This document shows, piece after piece, positions 1 to 14,100 of a stretch of 64,000 nt of DNA (position 1 is its first letter; every line of letters begins with the position of its first letter). The DNA comes from Octopus sinensis. Taxonomy: Eukaryota. The stretch lies in the NCBI RefSeq assembly GCF_006345805.1, contig NC_043003.1, positions 20,770,001 through 20,834,000 of the forward strand, written 5' to 3'. Made by a program: the position numbers and the translations under genes. The notes beneath the pieces are model-generated. The model did no database searches. It saw nothing but the letters and a program-made list of their open reading frames with translations, and had not been told where the DNA came from.

Positions 1-577
1 TGCTTACAAAGAATAAGTCTTGGGGTTGATTTGCTTGACTAGAGGTGGTGCTCCCGCATGGCCACAGTCAAATGACTGAAACAAGTAAAAGAGTAAAAAG
101 AGAGAGTATATATATATATATATATATGGGTGCTGGCATGGCTGTGTGGTTTACTTTGTAACCATGTGGTTTGGGGTTCAGTCCCACAGCACAACACCTT
201 GGGCTATATCTCTGGGCTGACCAATCCTTTGTGAGTAAATTTGGTAGATGGAAATTATGTGGAGGCTCATCATATATGCATGCGTGTGTGTGTGTGTGTG
301 TGTATGTGTGTGTGTGTACGAGTGTGTGAGTGTCATTGCTTGTGTTTGTCCCTCCATTGCATAGCTTGAAAATTTGTGCTGGTTTGTTTACATCACTGTA
401 ACTTGGTAGTTTGACAAAAAAAAAAGACTGATAGAATAAATACCAAACATAAAGAACAAGTACTGGGGTCAACGAGTTTGATTAAACCCTTGAAGGCAGT
501 GCCCCAGCATGGCCACAGCCCAATGACTCAAGCAAAAAATAAAAGATAAAAAATATGGTAGAAAAATATTTAGTATA

Positions 578-817
578 AATATATTTATTTCATTATTGCC
601 CACCGGGGGCTAAACATAGAGGGGACAAACAAGGACAGAAAAAAGAATTAAGTCGATTACATCGACCCCAGTGTGTAACTGATACTTGTTTAATTGACCC
701 TGAAAGGATGAAAGGCAAAGTCGTCCTCAGCGGAATTTGAACTCAGAACGTAACAGCAGACGAAATACCATTAGTATTTCCCCCGGCGTGCTAACAATTC
801 TACTAGCTCACCGCCTT
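578..817 (-). mobile_element. tRNA-derived SINE family B (head ggcggtgagctagtagaattgttagcacgccggg; body ...gagttcaaattccgc...cctttcagggtc...)
   Basis: A/B-box-like head. The same sequence recurs at ~7585-8165, 36335-36940 (interrupted), 45945-46362, 51645-51850, 63262-63513. Confidence 0.85.
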
Positions 818-850
818 TTATTAAGATATTAGTATTAAGATATTACTTAC

Positions 851-938
851 AAAAGGGTAAGCAAACAATGAAAGAATTCTGTTAAAACCTTCACAGGTTC
901 TTGCTAAGAACATCTCTTTACATGGTTTCTCATGTTTT
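851..938 (-). CDS. FAAH: FAAH-like exon 13 ([29 protein letters not shown])
   Basis: TTTTTTTTTCTTCAG acceptor, TTT|GTAAGT donor, phase 2/0 as required. Low sequence similarity (variable membrane-binding region). Confidence 0.75.
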
Positions 939-3900
939 CTGAAGAAAAAAAAGCAAGAAAGAGAGAAATATATAACATTATATAGTACAGTTTTAAAATA
1001 CAACTTACAAACTGGTTAGTTTTTCACTTTACTTTTATCAAACAGAAACTGAAAGAATGTCTTAAACAAGGATGCAGGTAAGGCCACAGCACTGTGAAGC
1101 TAACTTACCTACAGCAAATACCATTTACCAAAACATTAAGGTGACCAATGATTTCTGAGTGAAGCTTGGTAGTCAGAAAATGTGCAGAAGTCATGTGTGC
1201 ACGTATGTACACAGATACACACATGATCATCATCACCACCACCACCACCACCACCACCATCATCACCATCATCACCACCACCACCACCACCATCTTTTAA
1301 GGTTTCATACTAGCATGGGTTGGAAGTTTTGGCAGGATCCACTGGATTCAGAGACTGCACCGTGCTCTAGTATCTACTTCAACATAGCTTCTATGGCTGG
1401 ATGCTTTTCCTAATGCCATCCACCCTATAGAATGTTCCGAGTGCTTTTCACATGCCACCAACACTGGTGAGGTCGCCAAGCATTCTGCAAGACTGTGAAC
1501 CCAAAAGAAGCAAGCAACTTTACACTGGAAGATGAGGTATCAATGTATGAGAGAAGGGACCAGAACAATACAAATTTAGTTGCTGCTGATATAGAAATGC
1601 AGCAACTGAAAAAAATCACTGATGTCGCAGTTAGTCATCAGATTTAAATCTGTCTTAACAAGTGGATACAGCTACTGATGATGCTCAAAGGAGGAGAAAT
1701 ACGTATCTAGCAAAAGCACACCCAATTCTTGATGATTTTCATCTACTACTGATATATTTGTGTGTTTTCTTTAACAATATATGTTTATAAAAGATGCTTG
1801 CTTGGGATGAATACTGCAGTTTTCAGGTTTTGAACAGTATATCTGTTTTAAGTATTATATACAGATTGCTATTTTGCTGCTTCTGTCAGTAACGACCAAT
1901 ATATATATATATATATATAATATAATAATAAGAGTAAATAATTTTTATAAAGGCTTTTAAAAAAAACCCCAATTATTTACTGGTAGAATTCGGTATGTAA
2001 ATATAGCCGATTACCGGCAGGAACTTCTGTAAAGTTCAGTATATATATTGTATATAAGAAAAAGGGACAGGCAAACAGGTTGCTTGACCGCATACCGAAA
2101 AAATAGAAATAGCAGTCAAGAATGCTTATTTCTATCAAAGTTGGACTCCAGGCACGACAAACCCTGTAATTCACATATGCAAAACAGAAGGAATAGATAG
2201 CGAAAACGAAGTCTGGTGGTTATCTGTGAACATCATGTTTCTGGATTATAAACATATTGAATATATATTTCATATATATTTTTGATATATATTTCATATA
2301 CATTGCATATATATTTCACATCCTTCTTCAGCACAGCTTTCCATTGAAAAAGATTTATCATAGATTTATCAAATGCTACGTACCTCAAACCTTCTGACCA
2401 TGCGACATCAAAATATTTGAAGAAAGTGAGCAAAAGCTAAACCTACATAGACATTTGAATTCGTAAATCTTCCCTCCAAAATTTTGCCATGCGCACTACA
2501 AAAATAGTTCCATAAGATTGGGAACTATTGGGTTGTCATAATGGAGTGAAAAATCCAAATAGTAATATAATAATAAGAGTAAATAATTTTTATAAAGGCT
2601 TTTAAAAAAACCCCAATTATTTACTGGTAGAATTCGGTATGTAAAAATAGTTTTTTAAAAGCCTTTATAAAAATTATTTACTCTTATTATTATATTACTA
2701 TTTGGATTTTTCACTCCATTATGACAACCCAATAGTTCCCAATCTTATGGAACTATTTTTGTAGTGCGCATGGCAAAATTTTGGAGGGAAGATTTACGAA
2801 TTCAAACGTCTATGTAGGTTTAGCTTTTGCTCACTTTCTTCAAATATTTTGATGTCGCATGGTCAGAAGGTTTGAGGTACGTAGCATTTGATAAATCTAT
2901 GATAAATCTTTTTCAATGGAAAGCTGTGCTGAAGAAGGATGTGAAATATATATGCAATGTATATGAAATATATATCAAAAATATATATGAAATATATATT
3001 CAATATGTTTATAATCCAGAAACATGATGTTCACAGATAACCACCAGACTTCGTTTTCGCTATCTATTCCTTCTGTTTTGCATATGTGAATTACAGGGTT
3101 TGTCGTGCCTGGAGTCCAACTTTGATAGAAATAAGCATTCTTGACTGCTATTTCTATTTTTTCGGTATGCGGTCAAGCAACCTGTTTGCCTGTCCCTTTT
3201 TCTTATATATATGGACTACACTCACGGAGTGGTTGGCGTTAGGAAGGGCATCCAGCCGTAGAAACACTGCCAGATTTGACTGGGCCTGATGAAGCCTTCT
3301 GGCTTCACAGACCCCAGTAGAACCGTCCAACCCATGCTAACATGGAAAACGGACGCTAAACGACGATGATGATGATGAAGATGATATATATATACACACA
3401 CAATTATGTGCTTTTTCTACAGTATTACAGCATTTTAGCTCTTATTTCTAGCAATATAGGTACTCTGACACCCTTGATCACTTTTAGTGACAATTATATT
3501 TTTCCTTTATAGTAACACATTGCACATGGCTTTTTATATTAATATATATATATATATGTATATGTATACATTTACATGTCTATGTATATCCACACACACA
3601 CACACAAATACACCGATGTAAGTGAAAAGACATGAATAAAATTGAAAAGCAAAAAGGGAAATTTTCCTATTTAGTCATCATGACTACCAGATTCATTATG
3701 ATATTGGCTTATACTGGTGATTGTAAGCAATTACTATGGTTAAAGACAGAACATTTTATGAAGTCTTATGGGTTGACACACAAAGCAAAGTTTCTTGGGA
3801 CAACAGCAAAAGAGATGAGAAAAAATAAGAGTTTTGTGGCCTGATATAAAAGCAATAATATCTTTTAACAAAGAATGAAACAAAGATGAAGTTTGTACTG

Positions 3901-6900
3901 GGGAAAACAGAAATGAAGACTTGGAGCAAAATAACACTGGAGATAAAGTGAGACATGAAGTTAGTGAGAAGTTAGAGAGAAGAAAGGCTGGCAGAGAAGT
4001 GTGTTGAAAAAAAACCAGGAGCAACAGTAAAGTGCTAATGTAGGAGTGGGGGGGGAGAGAGGAAGTGAGTGTGTGTGAGATAGAAAGAGAGAAAACATAA
4101 TAGAGAGGGAAATAAAAGTTTAAATCACCATAGATGGGAAAATCCGTTAAGGTAAACAAAAAGTAGACTTTCTGTTTGGATTATAAATAATTGTAAAAGA
4201 AAAGATTTGGAAAATAATGAAAAGACAAACAAAAATAAAACATGGAAGTACCCCTCATTAACTGCAGATACCAGATTCATGATAGTTTCAACCCTAAACC
4301 TGGAACTACTTGTCTGGCAAATATGAGTGACTGTAAACAATCCATAGAGAGAAAGAGAACATTTAACAATGTCTTATAATTAATTAAACACTCAAAAGAT
4401 ATTCTTTCTCAACAAGCTACAAAGTAGTGATATACTGCACTTAATGAAAACACATTCGGATTAATTCAATACTACTGGATTTCTCTTAAGAAGTTATCTT
4501 TTATGCAAGAAATTAAACTGTTAGCCATTTCTAAAAACCAAGCCAAATCAAACTGGAACCTGGTGCAGCTCTCCGGCTTGCCAGCATGGTGGAGGGACGT
4601 TAAAGGATGATGATGATGGTAATGATGATGATTCTCTCATACTTTTACCCATCTTTTTCCTCTCATAGTCTTGTAAACTGTAAAATGGCATCACTGGTGC
4701 TGGTGGCACAAAAAAACACATCTGCCACATGCTGTAAAGTGGTTGGCAGTGGGAAGGCCATTCTGTTGTAGAAACCATGCCAAAGTAAACATTGGAGCAT
4801 GATGCAGCACTTGGGGCCCCATTAGATACTGTCAAACTATCCAAACCATGCAACCATGAAACATTATTGTTTAAATGTTGATGATGATGATGATGACAAT
4901 GACAGCGATGGTGGAAATGACGGCAACAGCGACAGTGGCAGTGACAGCAATGGTGACAACAACAATGATGACAATGATGATTTGATATATGTGTAGCAGT
5001 CTGATGATGGTGCATGGCTCAGTGGTTAGAGCATCAGGCCCACAATCATGAGGTAGTGAGTTCAATTCCTAGATTGGGCTGTGTGTTGTGTTCTTGAGCA
5101 AGACACTTTATTTCACATTACACCTCTTTACTCAGCTGTATAAATGAGTTGCAATGTCACTGGTGCTAAGTTGTATCAGCCTTTGCCTATCCCTTGGTCA
5201 ACATCAGTGGCACGGAGAGGGAAGACTGGTATGCATGGGTGACAGCTGGTCTTCCACAAAACTACCTTACCCAGATTTGTGCCCCGGAGGGGAGCTTTCT
5301 TGGTGCAATCTCATAGTCATTCATGACCGAAGGGGGTCTTTACCTTTTTAAGCAATTCGATGTCTAATGCACTATACTACAGATACATCCCCGATATTAA
5401 TCATATATTTTGTAATTTAACAGTGTAAAAGCCGCATGTTCAATTCAAGCATTTGAAAGTATTTCTGAACATCAACCATTATCATTAATTTTGATATTAT
5501 TCATTTTTCGTTTTGGGATTTGGTTTGCAAGGTTCTTTATATGAGTTCGTGTGTTGAAGCATATTCTGTTGTGTCTGGGGAGAGTCATTTTCTTTTTGTG
5601 CCTTATAATGTAACACACTCACCGGTAAAATTTCCACTTTTTTTCTTATTTTTATTTTCCTAAAATTTTCGTTGCGTCTTGCAACCTTTTCAATAGTTTT
5701 TGACTCAATAGTCTTGATATTATTCAATTCTTTAATTAATTTGAAAAACATGTAGAAGCCCACCATGGAAGTAAATTCATTCTTGTAACATGTGCGACAG
5801 AACTGCTCAGAATAAATATTTGACCAAAATACGTGTAATGGTGAAGTCAAAATCAACCCCAAGCTTATATTGAATCTGAACCAACCATAGTCTTCAGAAT
5901 TCTAAAAAAAATGTCATGTCTGCCTCTAAGGACAATACAATGTTTTTAGTTTTTACTAGGAGTGCAAAGAGATTGTGTGAACTTCCAGGAAGCAAGGTAG
6001 ATAGCGTGCAAGTGTATTTCTGTGTATGTATGTATGGTTACATGTGTATGTGTGTTAGTGTGTATTACATTAATTATACTAATTCTTTAATTATATTAAT
6101 TACTAGCAGTATCGCCCGGCGTTGCTCGGGTTTGTAAGGGAAATAACTATATAAGCATTTTTAGAGAGTTATAGCCAAAAAATAGCAAAAAAATGCATTA
6201 AAAATGGAAAAAAAAATTATGGTAAATTCTTTTTAAATCGTCGACTCATCGTAGACATTTTTAGAGAGTTATTTCCCTTAGCGAAAAAAATGCATTAAAA
6301 TGGAAAAAATGATGGTAAATTATTTTTTAAATCGTAGACTCATCGTAGACGCGCGCTAATACCCAGAAGGGCTCGATATGAATCACAACTATAAGATACC
6401 CGCTTTTGGTTACACTGCACCGCAAAATGTGGGAGTAGTTAGGAATCTAAATCGTAGGAGACAGACACACAACCTCTCTTTTATATATAAAGATTACTGA
6501 AAATAACCCTCACTAGTTTCTTTATATTCTGTATTTTACTCTATACCAATCATGGGTAAACTGAGTCAGTCAGAAAGTTCCATGGGCCACATACAGCCCA
6601 CAAGACTTTCTTTCTGAATGGCATGCCAATGAAAATTTACTTTGGATTTTTTAGTAGTGCAGCCTAACGATGAGCCATGTCTTACGCAACTCATTTCTTG
6701 AAAAAGATTGCCCATGCCTGGTCTAAACAATACTTACATTATTCTTCTCAGGACATGGCCATCAGACCACAATATATGCATTGTTATACAGAGAGCATCC
6801 AAGATTCTAGGAGGAGTAAATTCAACGACCTGTAAATCAAATGAAACAGCAACATTTATCAGTGATGGATGCTTCATTGCAAGAACAAATAAGAGAGAAC

Positions 6901-9900
6901 TCAATTGTCTCTGGATGTTTGAAAATTGAAGGGAAACATAGAAGATGATGGACATGGAAGATCCTTAGTGAAAAGAGATGGGAAATCAGAAATGTTCAGA
7001 AATTGAGCATCGTCCAAATGTGATGCATGCAACCAATAGAACCCATGTGGAAGTGTTCCAATATTACTAATAAAACTTTATTTCTTTGCCTATGTTTTCC
7101 AATTAACCCTGCTAAGTTATCCTCGTTTTTCATTTCTTTTTGATTTTTTCAAATTGTAAAGGTAATTTATGGACATGCTGTATTATATTTCTACAAGAAG
7201 AAAATCAAAGTCAACTCCATAGCAATGATCCAGAATGTTAGGGAATGAAATTAAATACTGTATGGCCTTTGGCTGTACTTTATCATTTATGCAACTCTAA
7301 CAACTTCTTTATGGTACTAATAATAATTGTTTCTAATTTTGGAACAAGGCCTGAAATTTGTGGTGGGAGGCAGGCAGTTGATTACATTGACTCCAATGCT
7401 CATTTTATTAACCCTGAAAGGATGAAAGGCAAAAAGGCAAAGTTGAGTTTCAACACAAAATGTAAAAAAAAAAAAAAAAAAAAAAAAAAGGATGAAATGC
7501 TAAATGATTCTGCTAGCACACTGCACCACCACTATCACCACCACCACAACCAACCACCACCACCACCACCACTACTACTACTAATAATAATAATAATAAT
7601 CCTTCCTATTACAGGCACAAGGCCTGAAATTTTGGGGAAGGGGACTGGTTGATTACATTGACCCTAGTGCTTGACTAGTACTTATTTTATCAACCCCGAA
7701 AGGATGAAAGGCAAAGTCAACCCCAACAGAATTTGAACTTAGAACATGAAGACAGCTGAAATACCTATTTCTTCACTACCCACCAGGGGCTAAACATAGA
7801 GTGGACAAACAAGGACAAAGGGATTAAGTCAAGTACATCGAACCCAGTACATAACTGGTACTTAATTTATCAACCCCGAAAGGATGAAAGGCAAAGTCAA
7901 CCCCAACAGAATTTGAACTTAGAACATGAAGACAGCTGAAATACCTATTTCTTCACTACCCACCAGGGGCTAAACATAGAGTGGACAAACAAGGACAAAG
8001 GGATTAAGTCAAGTACATCGAACCCAGTACATAACTGGTACTTAATTTATCGACCCCGAAAGGATGAAAGGCAAAGTCGACCTCGGCGGAATTTGAACTC
8101 ACACTGTAACGGCAGACGAAATACTGCTAAGCATTTCACCAGGTGTGCTAATGATTCTGTCAGCTTGCTAGCTTGGGCATGGCTGTGTGGTTAGGGAGCT
8201 TGCTTCCTAGCTACATGGTTTCGGGTTCAGTCCCACTGCGTGGAACTTTGGGTAGGTGTCTTCCACTATAGCCCCGAGCCGACCGGAGCTTTGTGATTGA
8301 ATTCGGTAGGTGGAAGTTACTGCCGTGTGTGTATGTGTGCGTATAGCTGCTCAGTGCCTCTCCGAAAGAGAGAGAGGGAAATAATAATAGTAATAATAAT
8401 GATAATGATGATGATGAATCCAACAAGCCAGGCATTGTTACCAAGGACAGAAGAACAGGATATGTATATTTATTGACATTGCAATACCTTTCAAGAGACA
8501 CCTTCAAGAAAATTACAGAGAAGCTGATTATGTACAATGGCCAGGAAATCAAACTCAACAAGATGAAGAAGATGAAACCTGAAACAATGCCAGTGATCAT
8601 TGGAACACTAAAACTCATTAAGCAGGAGATGGAAAAGGTCATCAATTGCATCCGAGGCAACATCAATATTTATGTAGTCCAGAGGATTGTGCTACTTGGA
8701 ATGGTTCATTGAGGTCAGTCAAGTGACATCAGGCCCATCGTTTGGACCTAGCTCAATAAGATATAGTAAATAGAAAGAATAAACAATGGTTGTTTCTAAT
8801 AAAGGCACAAAGCATGAAATCTTGAAGGGAGAAGTTGCCAAGCTAATTAGATGGCAGGCTAAGTGGGATTTGAACTCAGAACTTGAAGACCTGAAAGAAA
8901 CAACACATGGCATTTTGTCTCATGCTTTAGTAATTCTGCAAGAGCAGCAACAGCAACAACAACATTAACATTCTTACCGTATGGCCTCTGGCTTCCAAAG
9001 CTTTCTTTGCTAAAAGAACTGCTCGCTGGCAGGCAGGAGTGGCATGAACTACATTATCAGTCACATAATATCCAATCCGCAGTTTTCTTGTATCTTCAAA
9101 CAGCTGGAAAGTATCAAGAAAAATTAATTCATTATTAGTATAAGAAATCATTACAGAAAACTACATTAGCTCAGCTGTGTTTTTATTATTATTATTATCT
9201 TGAATTGGCAAGATCATCATCATCATCATCGTTTAATGTCCGCTTTCCATGCTAGCATGGGTTGGACGATTTGACTGAGGTCTGGCGAACCAGATGGCTG
9301 CACCAGACTTCAATCTGATCTGGCAGAGTTTCTACAGCTGGATGCCCTTCCTAACGCCAACCACTCCAAGAGCGTAGTGGGTGCTTTTACGTGCCACCAG
9401 CACAAGGGCCAGTCAGGCGGTACTGGCAACGGCTATGCTCAAATGGTGCTTTTTATGTGCCACCTGCACAGGAGCCAGTCCAGCAGCTCTGGCAATGACC
9501 TCGCTTGAGTGTTTTTTCACGTGCCACCAGCACAAGTACTAGTAAGGCGACACAGGTAACGATCACACTGGGATGGTGTTTTTAACGTGCTATTGGCACG
9601 GAGGCCAGCTTGTTGCTCTGGCAACGATCTCACTCATATCACACTCTTAGTTCATGAAGCCCCCAGTAAGAAAAGATATGTTTGCAAAACTGTCTTATAA
9701 ATTTATTTAGGTAAATTACTTTTAGTTTTTGTTTCTTGTCAGTTTTTTTCCTTGAAATTTGGATGACATATTCTGATATTTCTTTTAGAATTCATCCAAA
9801 GAGTGGTGAATGTTAATTATGTATAATTTTCATTGCTTAGTAACCAAAACAAAAAGAAACAATTCAACATAAAACAAGGGCACTCAGAGAGGGCAATCCT

Positions 9901-11146
9901 CCACCAAAACAACACCAATATCCTCTCAGTGATTAACTGGAGATGATTTTTAAAATGAGAATATCTGAAATATACTTGACTGCTCTCACAAATGAGAATA
10001 CTAAAAATGAACCAGACCACTGTCAAAAATTAAGAATCCTTGTCCAGTACAGGATCATGCCCAAAATCTAATCAGTTCATACCAGTCACGAGGCCAAACA
10101 TCCCTGAAAGTTTCATCTGAATCCATCCAGCGGTTCTTGTGATATCTTGTCCATGGACAAACAAAGAAACAAACAAACACGACTGAAAACAATACCTCCA
10201 CCTTTGTTAAGGCGGAGGTAATAAATGGTGATGAAGTAAGCCACTAAAACATGCAAAAACCATGAAATTAGAATGAAAATCATACAGAAATAAAAAAAGG
10301 TGAAAAAAAATAGTATTTGAGAAAATACTAGCATTTTGAAAATGAAATAAACCCTATGCTCTTTATATGTATGTCAGTAATATTGCTCTCTACTGATAAT
10401 AACTCTTTCAAAGAATGTATGTCAGTAATATTGATGGCAGTTTCTTCATGTCTGAAGATCCCGTTGAAGTGCAGCATGCCTACAAGTGACTATATGATGC
10501 TGCAGGACTTTTCTTCCTACCTGCACTTAATATTTTTATAGTGTGATTCAGTACACACTATCCAATCCCACTTGATAGAGTTGGAGGATAGACCACAGTG
10601 GCTCAGCAGGCTAAGACAGCTGCCGTGGCCATCAAACTGTAGGTTTCATACAGCAATGGCCTTCTCCTAGGTGAACTGCCTTACAGGGTTGGAAATCTCC
10701 ACCAAGCCTATTGTCAGTGATATTAATGACTTAATTAAACAAGTGAAGGTGCATGGTTTAGTGGTTAAAGTATTCAGCTCATGATTGTATGTTCGTGAGT
10801 TCAATTCCTGGCGACATGTGTCTTTAAGCAAGACACTTTATTTCATGTTACTTCAGTCCACTCAGCTAGCAAAACTAAGTATAATGAGTAGTACCCACAT
10901 TTCAAAGGGCCAGCCTTATCACGCTGTCTCATGCTGAATCTCCCTGAGAACTATGTTAAAGGTACACATATAGGCATAGGAGTGGCTGTGTGGTAAGTAA
11001 CTTGCTTACCAAGCACTTGGTTCCAGGTTTAGTCCCACTGCGTCACACCTTGGGCTAATGTCTTCTACTATAGCCTCAGGCCGACCAAAGCCTTGTGAGC
11101 AGATTTGGTAGACAGAAACTGAAAGAAGCCCGTCGTATATATATAC

Positions 11147-11192
<46 letters not shown>

Positions 11193-14100
11193 ATGTATTC
11201 GTGTGTCTATGCATGTGTGTGTGTATGCATGCATATGTGTATGCCAGTTTGACACACACACACACACACACTTTTTAACAAATGAAGAAAACAATGAAAA
11301 AGACACCAATGATAGTAGTTGTAGTCATGACAATACAGTGGGTGGAAGAAATGAAAGAGATAAATGGCAGTTGTAAAGATGGTATTGGTGATGAAATTAT
11401 GATGTTATGGTGGTAATGGTGGAGGTAAACATGGTATTTCTGATCAAACAGTACAGCAGTAATTCTGGAAAGTGTATAAAAATTAATCAAAGCAATTCCT
11501 TACATGATTTTGGAATTCCACAGGAATTATTTTGTGATCCATTTCAAAAACTTCAGGGGAAAACAGTGCTTTTGCCGTAATAACTAGACCATCGGCAGTC
11601 TGAGACATTGGACCAATGGAATTCTCGACTGTAATTGAAGGAATAATTAATAATTAACAACAAATTTGTTATGTAAATAGGCATAAGTGTATGGTTAAGA
11701 TGCTCACTCTATGACACCATGATGGGAACTGTTACAACCTGTCCTTTGTTATGACAGCATGAAAAGGAGATGCATGCACATTCATACAGACACGTATACA
11801 TATACATGCACACATATAAATACATACACACACAGATACATACACATGCACACATATAAATACATACACACACATACATACATATGTTCACACTCACACA
11901 TCCACACAAAGACATACGTACACACACATACACATGTGCATGCATACACACACACAGTTGCATGCACACACATGCATATATCCACACAATCTTATACATA
12001 CATGCATATACACACACACATACTCACATACAAGTACATATACCTATTCCCTTAACTACAGACCCAGTCACACTGTCCCCACCCATTTCCTCTTCAACCA
12101 CATAATCCATTTCCTGTTTGTCATGCAGCCTTTTTGCCAAGGAGCCATTGTCTCTGTACTACCAATATTAAAAATGTGACATCATGTGACCATCCTTGAT
12201 CAATTGCAGCCCATCTGCCAATAGCCATCTTGGACTTACTCTATCTTTATTCAAATGTCCACTGGCTCGATGACAAGCCCTGTTAGAGGCTTTTAAACTT
12301 TAAGTAGCATGTAATCTGAAGCAAACTATCTGATCCATATATATATATATATAAGAAATAATTGAGATTCAGTTGAATTAGGTACTTAAGTTGAAGCACC
12401 AAAACAGTCTGGTATTAACTGCAGAACTCGAAGTAAGCTGAATAAAATCAAAATAAGCAACAGGATATCAAATAATGATGTAGTACAACCATTTCAAGTG
12501 GCTCCATTTAATTGAACAATGCAATCATTACATCAATTTAAATTCAATGCCATCTTCAGCTGTACAAAAAAATAAATGGAATTTTAACAAGTAGGACACA
12601 TTAAGAAGTTGTGGTCTATTCTTATCTGCAATAGTGACAACATGAATTTCTTCCATCTTTTCACTCTGTTAAAATATTTAAGAAAAATTATATTAATGTG
12701 TCCTACTTGTTAAAATTCCATTTATTTATTTGTGCAGCCGAAGATGGCAATGCATTTAAATTGATGAAATGATCGCATTGTTCAACCACACTGCTATGCC
12801 TGCACCTGTATATGTGTGTGTGTATGTGTATGTTCATATATATATATATATGTGTGTATATATACATATATATATGTATATGTCAAGTTTGTGATTTTCG
12901 AGTGGCATGGATAGTACGGGAATGTTTCTGTCAGACACCATATGATGTAGTTTCTCTGCAGAAATGTGGTGGCACCAATATGTAAATAACGAAGGCAACA
13001 GTGCTGGGAGGGGGTAAAGAGATGGGAGAACAAGAAGGGGGGGAAAGGGGAGAGGTGAAAGAGGGAATAAACAAAAAAACAAACAAGGAAAGAATGAAAG
13101 AAAGTGAAAATAAAGAAAATAGAAGGAAGGAAAAGAAATAGAGAAAACAAGAGACACAGAGAGAAAGAGAGAGAGGGGAGAGAAAGAAGAAAGAAAGAAA
13201 GAAAGAAAGAATGAAAGACAAGAGCCAGAAGTGAAAAGAAGATATGAAGATTTAACGAGTGAGGCAAATAAGTACAAGTAAAAACAAAGGTGGATATAAG
13301 AGAGTAGAGTACCTTATATACACCGGCACCATCCTGTTGGTGTTGTTGAAGACTCTATAATAGGGAACATACTGTCACAAACTTCTGACAAAGGACACCC
13401 ATGGTAAAACATTCCAGCCACAACTATCATGTACCTGTAATGTTATTATCTGTCCAAGTATGCTTGAGGCACGTTTGAACTGGGGAACAAGCTACTCACT
13501 GTGTTTTGTCACAGAAAATTATATCCCGTTTGTTGACAAATGGTGTGTATACACCTAGATTAAATGTGCCCCTAGCATATTCGGGCTGATAATAACATTA
13601 TGTTGAGACCCCCTTTGGTCATGACTGACCGTGGAATTGCTTCCAGAAAGTTACCCTCCCAGGCGGAAGTCAGGGCAAGGTTGTTTATGGAGGACCCGCA
13701 GTCACCCATGCATACCGGCCTCCCCTCTCCATGCCATCAGTGTTATCCAAAGGAAAGGCAAAGGGGCCGATACAGCTTGGTACCTGTGATGTCGCAACTC
13801 ATTTCTACAGCTGAGTGAACTGGAGCAACGTGAAATAAAGTGTCTTGCTCAAGAACACAACACGCAGCCTGGTCCGAGATTCGAACTCACAACCTCACGA
13901 CCGTAAGCTCGATGCTCTAACCACTGAGCCATGCGCCTTCACTTAATAACATTACAGTTTTACTTATCACTGATTAGCACTCCCCCACTGTAATTTACTT
14001 ATGGTGAGCCACCAAATAGCGCTGCCAGTCACCGTATGATAACTGGAAAAGCATAAGAGAGTCAATCTCTTTAATCAGCTCATAGCACCACCTGCTTGGT

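Noticed and set aside
1490-1800. Protein-like plus-strand stretch ([14 protein letters not shown]...)
   Set aside because: Multiple stops, no recognisable motif; probably an old TE fragment, cannot be supported.
3285-3310. CTGATGAAGCC hairpin as a hammerhead
   Set aside because: No GAAA after the stem; other copies of this repeat read ctggtgcagcc, so it is a chance mutation.
4240-4335. Possible FAAH exon ([15 protein letters not shown])
   Set aside because: No good donor; using it would skip the region better filled by 851-938, which has strong splice sites and the right phases.
5497-5862. 121-aa Lys-rich minus-strand ORF
   Set aside because: No domain recognised and no splice support; likely a decayed TE or low-complexity sequence.
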